Origin: Mobula hypostoma
Taxonomy: Eukaryota
NCBI RefSeq assembly: GCF_963921235.1
Contig: NC_086109.1
Span: forward strand, 5,892,001-5,956,000
Length of the DNA: 64,000 bases
Direction of reading: 5' to 3'
Shown here: positions 1 through 9,910 of the stretch, one piece after another
Layout of the letters: each line of letters begins with the position of its first letter
Numbering within the stretch: position 1 is the first letter of the stretch
Position numbers and translations under genes: made by a program
Notes under the pieces: model-generated
The model's input: the letters and a program-made list of their open reading frames with translations, nothing else
What the model was told of the DNA's origin: nothing
Databases searched by the model: none

Positions 1-859
1 CGTTTGGAATCAAATGACCTTGCTTAGTTTCTCAGGGCTGGGTGTCCCTGCATCAGCACTATCCCCGCTGCCCCTTGCACACCTTCTCTGCCACCTGTCC
101 ACACCCCTCCCGCGACACTCCACCCTCGCCCTTCCCAGCTTCCTTTGCTCCCGCCAGATTTACAAACTCACTTTCCCCTTCAAGTTGACAACAGTAGCAC
201 TGTGCAAATGCCTTAGGCATCCTAGCGACACATACGTGCCGAAGACTTTTGCACAGCACACATATGTCACTGTACGCTATCCCGAGATGTATTTGCTTGC
301 GGGCATTCACACCAGAACAAAGAAATGCAACAGAATTAACAATTAAAATCACATACAAGGATTGAGAGAAGACAATGTGTGCAAATACAAAAATAAATTT
401 TATCAAGAACACGAGCTGTAGAGTCCTTGAAAGCGGCCTTGAAACTGGCCGTTAATCGAAAGTGTTTCACAATTGCTGTAATCTTGCAACATGATGTCTA
501 ACACAGCATCACTTGACACAAGGTCAGTTTTGAAAGGAAAAGAAACTACATTTCCACATTCCATGGGGGTTTTGGAACTGTTCAATGATCTGGGATAAAA
601 TTAGCTCAATGGTGAAAGTTCAAAATAAAAGCAATATATTAAGATGAAGAACTAAATGGCTAAATTGCTCTGGGAAGTCAGTCACTTTGTAAAATGAAAA
701 GAGTGCAGTGAAAAAATTTTATTTTTTTTTAAATCAAAGTACGTATACCGCATACAACCTTGTGATGTGCTTATTTGTAGGCGTTTACTGGAAAATAAAG
801 AATAGCTAAAGGAAATATAAAAATTAAACAATCCGGGCACCACAACTCCATGCTTACCC

Positions 860-2410
860 CCAGCTCAATGTCCTCCAGCCTAGGCTAGAGAATGGGTCTG
901 AATGCGGAGGGGAAGGGTGGAAGGAGTGGGGAATGTTATGGGAGAGCAGGGGGGGGCTGCAGGGTGGTAGTGTCAGGGGAGGTTTACAAAAGATGGTCGT
1001 TGACAGTTTGTCTCCAGAGATGGAAACAGAGAGATCAAGAAAGGGAAGAGAGGTGTCAGAGATGGACCAAGTGAATTGAAGGGCAGGGTGGAAGTTAGGG
1101 GGAAAGTTGATCAAGTTGATTTGCTCAGTATGGGTTGTGACGAGAATACACATAAATTAAGATGTTAGTTGTCCTGGGCTGGGACCAGTGGGATCAGCAG
1201 TTGGTCTGCCACCTGTCTTCAGGAGAAAGAGAGATAAGGAAAACAATGGAGCAGCATTTGGAGATGTTAATGAAGGGACGGGAGAGAGTAACGGAAGGAG
1301 AGTTGTCAAGATCGGCTCCCCCTTTGAACCCTGAACTGTTTGAAGTGATGGACAGGTGATACCCCAGCAGGGGGATAAAAAGGGACAGGTTCGCTAAGAT
1401 GACACACACGACACCCCGAGGTAACGAGACCCTGGAAGCGGTGCGTCCTCACAAGTCGGTGGGAAGTTTTGGACGGCTGGTCACGGACCAAGCCATAGAC
1501 GCTCAGGGTGGAAAGGCACGATCGGCGGGAACCTGGTGTGTGTCCACCCTTGCCTGGATGCCAGGTTCATCGCAGAGAAACGATCGTATCTGGAAATGGA
1601 GGGGGTCACGGTCGGTGACCTCAGATGACGTCACAAAGGGCTCGCCCGAAAGCTGACTGCGAAGGTCTGTGTGGAAGCCGTTTGAATATTCATTCGTTTT
1701 GCTCTCTCTCTCCTTCCCCCCACTGTCCATCGCCACGGCAGCGATTACTGTGAACTGAACTGAACTAAATTGAACTGAACTTTGCGTCACTTTGAAACTG
1801 GTCATTTACCCCTAGACAACGATAGAGCTTGATTGATCCTGTTATCTTAATTCTGTGTACATGTATGTTTATCATTGCTGAACTGTTGCATTCATTATCC
1901 TTTTGATTAGAGTACTGTGTTGCTTGTTTCTTTAATAAAACTTTCTTAGTTCTAGTAATCCAGACTCCAACTGAGTGATCCATTTCTGCTGGTTTGGCAA
2001 CCCAGTTACGGGGTACGTAACAGGGTGCATGAAGCAGCACCAATGCAGTCATAAACGGAGTGGAGGAAGAGTTGGGGAGTATAACCGGGGAAGGCTTCCA
2101 CCATAGACTCTTCTCTATAGCCCACGAAGAGGCAGACATAATTTGGGCCCATGAAAGTACTCATGGCTATCCTTGGGTTTAGAGAAAGTGGGAGGAGTCC
2201 AAGGAAAAATTGTTCAGGGTGAGAATCAGTTCTGCCAGACAGAGGAGGGTGGTGGTGGAGGGGGACTGGTCGGTTCTTTTGCCAAGAAAGAAGTGGAGGG
2301 CTTTGAAGCCTTCTTGGTGGGGAATAGAAGTGTATTGGAACTGAACATCCATGGCAAAGATGAGGCAGTCAGGGCCAGGGAATCGGAAGTTGCAGAGAAA
2401 ATTGAGGATA
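860..2410 (-). mobile_element. Degenerate Penelope-like element RT remnant, split by a solo LTR
   Basis: Minus-strand peptides NFHPALQFTWSISDTSLPFLDLSVSISGDKLST (~990-1135) and MGPNYVCLFVGY (~2110-2152) are typical PLE RT motifs. Interrupted at 1136-2022. Confidence 0.75.
1136..2022 (+). mobile_element. Solo LTR (887 bp) of a Ty3/gypsy family related to the element at 44991-50970
   Basis: TG...CA termini (tgtgacg...cgtaaca) and 4-bp TSD gggt (1132-1135, 2023-2026). Shares (gaact)n, tttacccctagac, aataaa, cagactccaa, ccatttctgctggt and ggggtacgt-aca motifs with the LTRs at 44991 and 50141. Confidence 0.88.
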
Positions 2411-2754
2411 TGAGAAATAACATGGATGTAGTCGTTTTGATTGCTGCCAGTAAGGCGTCACTGTGTTAAACCGGAACGATTTACTACTAAAGCAGATTTT
2501 AGCAGAGATATGAACCAGTGATTGAGGTGGTCAGTTATCAGGCAGGGAGCAATGACAGTAGTCTCAGGTAACAACTTTGCTTGTGGTTTACTGAGTTACA
2601 GGTTGAGGTACTTCAATGTATTTGCTAAACTGCCACATACAAGATCTAGGCCCAGGAGATTAGAGGTGATACTGCAGCATGTATTGAGAACCATTTAACG
2701 GACAGACAAGAAAAATCAGCATGAATATGTAAGCAGGTTTAACCAGAGCAGATG

Positions 2755-3216
2755 GTCAGACACTACATTGATTGGCCTTATCTCAAGCAATAACGAGGTG
2801 GCCTCCAGGGAAGAAGTCATCTCTCTGATACAGTGGTGTCAAGAAAACAACCTCTCCTGCAAAGACAAAGGAGCTGGTTGTGGATTACAGGAGGAATGGA
2901 GACGGGCTAACCCCTATTGAAATCAGTGGATCTGGGGTTGAGAGGGTAAACAGCTTCAGGTTCCTCAGCATCCACATCCACCAAGGATCTCATGTGATCT
3001 GTAAACACCTGCTGTGTGGTGAAAAAGGCACAACAGCTCCTCTTTCACCTCAGATAGTTGAGAAAGTTTGGTATGGGACCCCAAATCCTAAGAACTTTCT
3101 ACAGGGGCACAATTGAGAGCATCCTGACTGGCTGCATCACTGCCTGGTATGGGAACTGTATTTCCCTCAATCGCAGGACTCTGCAGAGAGTGGTGCGGGC
3201 AGCCCAGCACATCTGT
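2755..3216 (+). mobile_element. Old Rex1/Babar-type LINE RT C-terminal fragment
   Basis: Frameshifted peptides QWCQENNLS, KTKELVVDYRRNG, VERVNSFRFLSIHI, FYRGTIESILTGCITAWYGNC. Confidence 0.75.
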
Positions 3217-3650
3217 AAACACAAAATAATCTGCAGATGCTGTGATCAAAGCAACACTTTCAGTACGCTGGATGAACTCAGCAGGTCGGGCAGCATCAGT
3301 TAGAAACGATGAGTCGACGTTTCGGGCCGGAACCCTTCATCAGGACTGAAGAATGAAAGATGGGGAAGGATTTGAAGAATGCTTGTAGCTTCAGTTGAAA
3401 AACCAGTAATTTGAAAGACAAAGGGGTGGGGGAGGGGAAGCAGGGACGTCATAGGCAGGAAAACAATGGGTAGAAGAAGGAGGAGCAACCATGAGGGAGG
3501 TGATAGGCAGCTGGGGGAGGGGGCAAAGTGAAATAGGGATAGAGGATGGAACAGGGAGGGAATTACCGGAAGTTGGAGAATTCTATGTTCATATCAAGGA
3601 GCTGGAGACTACCTAGACGGTATATGAGGTGTTGCTCCTCCAACCTGAGT
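3217..3650 (-). mobile_element. Penelope-like element 3' end (end of GIY-YIG region plus pLTR) with hammerhead motif at 3312-3347
   Basis: Reverse complement of the PLE terminus seen at 19190-19654 (RLEEQHLI peptide, pyrimidine-rich tract, CTGATGA..GAAAC core). Confidence 0.8.
3312..3347 (-). ncRNA. Minimal hammerhead ribozyme motif in the MAPKAPK2 sense orientation
   Basis: Minus strand AGTC CTGATGA A GGGTTCCGGCCC GAAA CG TC GACT, with intact core and stems. Confidence 0.7.
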
Positions 3651-4349
3651 ACTCGCTGGAGTTTAGGAGAATGAGGCAGGATCAAATATTGAAAGGCTTA
3701 GAGACAGTGAACATGGAGAGGAGTGGGGGTCTCGGAACAGAAGGCAGAGCCTCAGAGTACAAGGGTGTCCCTTTAGAACAGAGATCAGGTGGAATTTCTT
3801 TAGCCAGACGGTGGTGAATCTGTGGAATTCGTTGCCACAGATGGCTGTGGAGGCCAAGTCATTGGGTATATTTAAAATGGAGGTCGATAGGTTCTTGATT
3901 AGTCAGGGCAGCAACGGTTGCAGGGAAGGCTGGAGAATGGTGTTGAGAGGGATAATAAATCAGTCATGATTGAACGGAGGAGCACTTGATAAACCAAATA
4001 GCCTAATTCTGCTCCTACGTCTTACAATCTTATTGGCCAACACTCAAGAAAACAAACATTACTAATGCTATACGGTTAGGAAGAAAAGGCAAGAGCGAGG
4101 AGAAAGGGAAATGTTTCTGCAGGGATATCATCAGGTAGCAGGACCAGACACAGGTGACAAGTGTGGACAAGTGTGCTGTCGTTGAGCCTTGTCAGCAGAG
4201 GTTTTAAAAACAAAGCAGATTAGACGCAAGAAAGACGGGATAAAAAGCTCAAATCATTTCACCGCTCTGATCAGCAACCCCTACACTCAGACGACGACTG
4301 AGCAGGTCGAGCGGTATCTGTGAAGGACGATACCGGTGAACCAGCATCA

Positions 4350-4555
4350 CTCCCTGCCGCTGCCTGTAAGGAGTTTGTACGTTCACCGCGTGACCGCATG
4401 GGTTTCCTCCGGGTGCTCCGGTTTCCTCCCACAGTCCAAAGACGTACTGGTTGTTAGGTAAATCGTCCTGTGGACTAGACAGGGGTTAAATCAAGGATTT
4501 GCTGGGCGGCATGGCTCAAAGGGTCGCAGGGGCCTGCTCTGCACTGTATCTCAAT
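4350..4555 (+). mobile_element. V-SINE (HE1-like) fragment
   Basis: V-domain-like ctgtaaggagtttgtacgtt...gggtttcctccgggtgctccggtttcctcccacagtccaaagac. Related copies at ~11035-11400 and 13431-13540, the latter with tRNA A/B boxes. Confidence 0.7.
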
Positions 4556-4782
4556 AAGTAAGGGAGGAAGAAAGGAAGTAAACAAACAAACAAACCAGCA
4601 ACCAAACAGCAGCAAGTCAAGCCTAGTTCCTGCCTCCTTCCCACCCACCCTAGAATTCAGTCCTGATGCAGGGTCTCAACCCAAAAAGATACCAACGATT
4701 CTTTCCCCTCCACAGATGCTGCCTGACCCTGAGTTCTCCCTGCAGATTGTTTCTTCTCCAGATTGCAGCCTCGGTGGCTTAC

Positions 4783-4862
4783 CTTCACATCTCGATGAGC
4801 AATGTTCACGGAGTGCAGGTGCAGGACGGCCTCCCCAATGCTCTTCATGATCTCAGAGGCCT
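4783..4862 (-). CDS. MAPKAPK2: MAPKAPK2 coding exon (human exon 4 equivalent), 80 bp, catalytic loop HRDVK
   Basis: tgttgcag|AG GCC TCT GAG ATC ATG...GAT GTG AAG|gtaagc gives (E)ASEIMKSIGEAVLHLHSVNIAHRDVK. SEIMKSIGEA is MK2-type rather than MK3-type (AEIMRDIGTA). Confidence 0.96.
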
Positions 4863-4966
4863 CTGCAACACAAGGAGAGAGATTTCCCTTTTAGCACTCG
4901 GGGGACTGGGAGATTGCTGTAGTGTTTTCCTATCATCGGTTCTGTGCAAAGGCCTAGAGTGTTTAC

Positions 4967-5031
4967 CTCGCTCCGTGAATGCCTGATCTCCTCTGTCCTG
5001 GATTCTGCTGAAGAGTTCACCTCCTTCCATA
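4967..5031 (-). CDS. MAPKAPK2: MAPKAPK2 coding exon (human exon 3 equivalent), 65 bp
   Basis: tcgttacag|T ATG GAA GGA GGT GAA CTC TTC...GAG CGA G|gtaaac gives (C)MEGGELFSRIQDRGDQAFTER(E). Phase fits the previous exon (TG+T = Cys). Confidence 0.96.
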
Positions 5032-5166
5032 CTGTAACGACACAAAGCAGCATAATAAGCACAAGGGCAGCAGACGGTAACATCGGAACAGCGAGCTGCT
5101 GGTCTCCACGAGTGACCTCTCTCTCCCTCGATGCAGAGAGAGAAAGCCTGTCTGTCATACCGAAGT

Positions 5167-5941
5167 GACACACACAAAACGCTGCAGGAACACAGCAGGC
5201 CAGGCAGCGCCTATGGAAAAAAAGTACAGTCAACGTTTCGGGCCGAGACTCTACATCAGGGACTGAGGAGAAAAGAAGATGAGGAGTCAGAGTAAGAAGG
5301 GGAGACCCAGACGGTGATTGGCTTGTGCTCCATCTGCCAGATAAAGCGGGATCTCCCAGTGGCCACCTATCTTAATTCCGCTTTCCATTCCCTTTCTGGC
5401 ATGCCAGTCCATGGCCTCCTCTACTGTTGCGATGAGGCCACATACAGGTTGGAGGAGCAACACCTTATATTCCATCTGGGTAGCCTCCAACCTGATGGCA
5501 TGAACATCGATTTCTCAAACTTCTGGTCATTTCCCCCACCCCCAGCAGCTTCACCATCCCCATTTCCCTCTCTCACCTTAACTCCTTACCTGCCCATCAC
5601 CTCCCTCTGGTGCTCCTCCCCCTTTTCTTTCTTCCATGGCCTTCTGAATTCTCCCATCAGATTCCCCCTTCTCCAGCCCTGTATCTCATCAACCAGTCAA
5701 CTTCCCTGCCGTATGCACCCCTAACCCCAAAGTTTCACCTATCACCTTGTGATTCTTCCTTCCACCCACCCACCTTCTTACTCTTGACTCCTCATCTTTT
5801 TTTCTCCAGTCTTGATGAAGGGTCTCGGCCCGAAATGTCAACTGTACTCTTTACCATAGGTACAGCCTGGCCTGCTGAGTTCCCCCAGCACTAAGTGTGT
5901 TGCTCAGATTTCCAGCACCTGCAGATTTTCTCTTGTTTGAG
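5167..5941 (+). mobile_element. Penelope-like insertion: inverted terminal arm, GIY-YIG 3' fragment and pLTR, 10-bp TSD
   Basis: TSD ataccgaagt at 5157-5166 and 5942-5951. Peptide DLPVATYLNS..LEEQHLIFHLGSLQPDGMNIDFSNF. The arm at 5167-5300 is the reverse complement of ~5770-5900. Confidence 0.82.
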
Positions 5942-6840
5942 ATACCGAAGTAGTGGGTTATGCACTGTAGTTTTTGATGGGCCCCAGACCAAGATCTTTT
6001 TGGGGGGCCTTGGAGCTTCAGGGTTCTGATGTTTCCATCATTCATTCTATGGGGTTTCTTGCTTGATGGATATCTGTGAAGAGTAAAAATTTCAGGTTGC
6101 ATACTATATACATTCTCTGATATTAAACTGAGCCATCTGAAATTGAGATTCTGCAGATGCTGGGAATCTTGAGCAACACACACAAAATGCTGGGAGAACC
6201 CAGCAGGTCAGGCAGCATCTACGGAGAGGAATATACAATCAACATTTCAAACTGAGTCCCCTCATTGGAAACCATCATTGAAAGGTTATATACGGGGAAT
6301 ACCAGGATGCAAAGTCGTGGAGCAAAACCAAAATGGAATGAATATTAGAAACAAGCTCCACTACTTAGCAAAAGGATTAATCATTTAAAATTTTAAAAAC
6401 GGTAAATTAGAGAAGGAACCTGCAGTGAAGATGTGGCCATTCCAAGTGATCATAGTGGGACTTTGACTTCAGTGGGATACGGCAGGATAGTTTCAGGAAT
6501 CCATTCAACTCAACATTTCATAGAGACACAAGACGCTACACATCATAAACACCAGAGATTTTGGAGATGCTGGAGGTCTCGAGCAATGCACACAAAATGT
6601 TGGAGGAGTCAGTAGGGAGGCAACATCGAGAAACCGTTGATTTCTAGGCTGAGACCGTTCATCAGGACTCATGCTCCTGATGAAGGGTCTCAGCCTGAAA
6701 CATTAAATGTATACTTTCCCCTCCTTAGAGAGGAGGCTGCCTGACTCGCTGAGATGCTACTGATGCAGTCTGCTCATCTACCCAGTTCTTCCCCAACTCA
6801 CTCCAGTCCCCATCACCTGTCTCTCTTCCCCCCCTCACCC

Positions 6841-9368
6841 ACTCCTCCCACTGGGTCCCCTCCCCCGACTGTTCCCATCTGTCCATCACCCACACACTCC
6901 TCCCACTGGGTCCCCTCCCCCCACTGTTCCCATCTGTCCATCACCCACACACTCCTCCCACCGGGTCCCCTCCCCCCAGTGTTCCCATCTGTCCATCACC
7001 CACACAATCCTCCCACTGGGTCCCCTCCCCCCACTGTTCCCATCTGTCCGTCACCCACACACTCCTCCCACTGGGTCCCCTCCCCCCACTGTTCCCATCT
7101 GTCCGTCACCCACACACTCCTCCCACTGGGTCCCCTCCCCCCACTGTTCCCATCTGTCCATCACCCACACACTCCTCTCACCGGGTCCCCTCCCCCCAAT
7201 GTTCCCATCTGTCCATCACCCCCACACCCCTCCCACTGGGTCCCCTCCCCCCCACTGTTCCCATCTGTCCGTCACCCACACACTCCTCCCACTGGGTCCC
7301 CTCCCCCCACTGTTCCCATCTGTCCGTCACCCACACACTCCTCCCACTGGGTCCCCTCCCCCCACTGTTCCCATCTGTCCATCACCCACACACTCTTCCC
7401 ACTGGGTCCCCTCCCCCCCCACTGTTCCCATCTGTCCATCACCCCCACACCCCTCCCACTGGGTCCCCTCCCCCCCACTGTTCCCATCTGTCCGTCACCC
7501 CCACACCCCTCCCACTGGGTCCCCTCCCCCCCACTGTTCCCACCTGTCCATCACCCCCCCACACCTCCCACTGGGTCCCCTCCCCCACACTGTTCCCATC
7601 TGTCCATCACCCACACACTCCTCCCACTGGGTCCCCTCCCCCCACTGTTCCCATCTGTCCATCACCCACACACTCCTCCCACTGGGTCCCCTCCCCCCAC
7701 TGTTCCCATCTGTCCGTCACCCACACACTCCTCCCACTGGGTCCCCTCCCCCCAACTGTTCCCATCTGTCCATCACACACACACTCCTCCCACTGGGTCC
7801 CCTCCCCCCGCTGTTCCCATCTGTCCATCACACACACACTCCTCCCACTGGGTCCCCTCCCCCCACTGTTCCCATCTGTCCGTCACCCACACACTCCTCC
7901 CACTGGGTCCCCTCCCCCAACTGTTCCTATCTGTCCATCACCCACACCCCTCCCACTGGGTCCCCTCCCCCCCACTGTTCCCATCTGTCCGTCACCCACA
8001 CACTCCTCCCACTGGGTCCCCTCCCCCCACTGTTCCCATCTGTCCATCACCCACACACTCTTCCCACTGGGTCCCCTCCCCCCCACTGTTCCCATCTGTC
8101 CATCACCCCCACACCCCTCCCACTGGGTCCCCTCCCCCCCACTGTTCCCACCTGTCCATCACCCCCACACCCCTCCCACTGGGTCCCCTCCCCCCCACTG
8201 TTCCCACCTGTCCATCACCCCCACACCCCTCCCACTGGGTCCCCTCCCCCCCACTGTTCCCATCTGTCCGTCACCCACACACTCCTCCCACTGGGTCCCC
8301 TCCCCCCACTGTTCCCATCTGTCCGTCACCCACACACTCCTCCCACTGGGTCCCCTCCCCCCAACTGTTCCCATCTGTCCATCACACACACACTCCTCCC
8401 ACTGGGTCCCCTCCCCCCGCTGTTCCCATCTGTCCATCACACACACACTCCTCCCACTGGGTCCCCTCCCCCCACTGTTCCCATCTGTCCGTCACCCACA
8501 CACTCCTCCCACTGGGTCCCCTCCCCCAACTGTTCCTATCTGTCCATCACCCACACCCCTCCCACTGGGTCCCCTCCCCCCCACTGTTCCCATCTGTCCG
8601 TCACCCACACACTCCTCCCACTGGGTCCCCTCCCCCCACTGTTCCCATCTGTCCATCACCCACACACTCTTCCCACTGGGTCCCCACCCCCCCACTGTTC
8701 CCATCTGTCCATCACCCCCACACCCCTCCCACTGGGTCCCCTCCCCCCCACTGTTCCCACCTGTCCATCACCCCCACACCCCTCCCACTGGGTCCCCTCC
8801 CCCCCACTGTTCCCACCTGTCCATCACCCCCACACCCCTCCCACTGGGTCCCCTCCCCCCCACTGTTCCCATCTGTCCGTCACCCACACACTCCTCCCAC
8901 TGGGTCCCCTCCCCCCACTGTTCCCATCTGTCCGTCACCCACACACTCCTCCCACTGGGTCCCCTCCCTCCACTGTTCCCATCTGTCCGTCACCCACACA
9001 CTCCTCCCACTGGGTCCCGCCCCCACTGTTCCCATCTGTCCGTCACCCACACACTCCTCCCACTGGGTCCCCTCCCCCCACTGTTCCCATCTGTCCGTCA
9101 CCTACACACTCCTTCCACTGGGTCCCCTCCCCCCCACTGTTCCCATCTGTCCATCACCCCCGCACCCCTCCCACTGGGTCCCCTCCCCCCCACTGTTCCC
9201 ATCTGTCCGTCACCCACACACTCCTCCCACTGGGTCCCCCCCCACTGTTCCCATCTGTCCGTCACCCACACACTCCTCCCACTGGGTCCCCCCCCACTGT
9301 TCCCACCTGTCTATCACCCACACACTCCTCCCACTGGGTCATCTCCCCCCCACTGTTCCCATCTGTCC
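6841..9368. repeat. C-rich minisatellite, ~55-bp unit, about 46 copies
   Basis: Unit actcctcccactgggtcccctccccccactgttcccatctgtccatcacccacac recurs with period ~53-57 bp. It produces the spurious 962-aa and 731-aa ORFs. Confidence 0.95.
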
Positions 9369-9490
9369 TCCCAACTTCCTTCATGGTTTCATGATCCACC
9401 TTTCTCTCCAATCAGATCCCATGTGCAGCCCTTCGTCATTTCCACCAATCACCTCCATCCCTGTTCCCATTCTCCCCTCCTCCATCTTTC

Positions 9491-9910
9491 CTCACCTGGC
9501 TCCACCCATCACCTCCCAGCCTCTGTCGGTATTCCCACTCCCACCCCTCTCACCTGGCTCCACCCATCACCTGCCAGCCTCTGTTGCTATTCCCACTCCC
9601 ACCCCTCTCACCTGGCTCCACCCATCACCTCCCAGCCTCTGACGCTATTCCCACTCCCACCCCTCTCACCTGGCTCCACCCATCACCTGCCAGCCTCTGA
9701 CGCTACTCCCACTCCCACCCCTCTCACCTGGCTCCACCCATCACCTCCCAGCCTCTGTCGCTATTCCCACTCCCACCCCTCTCACCTGGCTCCACCCATC
9801 ACCTCCCAGCCTCTGTCGCTATTCCCACTCCCACCCCTCTCACCTGGCTCCACCCATCTCCTCCCAGCCTCTGTCGCTATTCCCACTCCCACCCCTCTCA
9901 CCTGGCTCCA
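9491..9910. repeat. C-rich minisatellite, 58-bp unit, 7 copies plus a partial
   Basis: ctcacctggctccacccatcacc... starts at 9491, 9549, 9607, 9665, 9723, 9781, 9839 and 9897. Confidence 0.95.

Noticed and set aside
1..4782. Next MAPKAPK2 exon (PENLLY...DFG)
   Set aside because: No matching peptide found on the minus strand (CCTGAGAAACTA near 25-36 reads PEKLSK and does not continue). The exon is presumably beyond the window start.
4845..5177. ORF-track proteins containing kinase motifs (4657-4848, 4845-5177) as standalone genes
   Set aside because: They are exons read through into intron sequence; splice sites define the true boundaries.
6754..9642. 962-aa and 731-aa Pro/His/Ser-rich ORFs
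   Set aside because: Artefact of a stop-poor C-rich minisatellite. All three frames cycle through the same peptides; no domain or splice support.
6841..9910. CRISPR-like array
   Set aside because: Units are contiguous tandem repeats with no unique spacers, there are no cas genes, and the context is a vertebrate intron.
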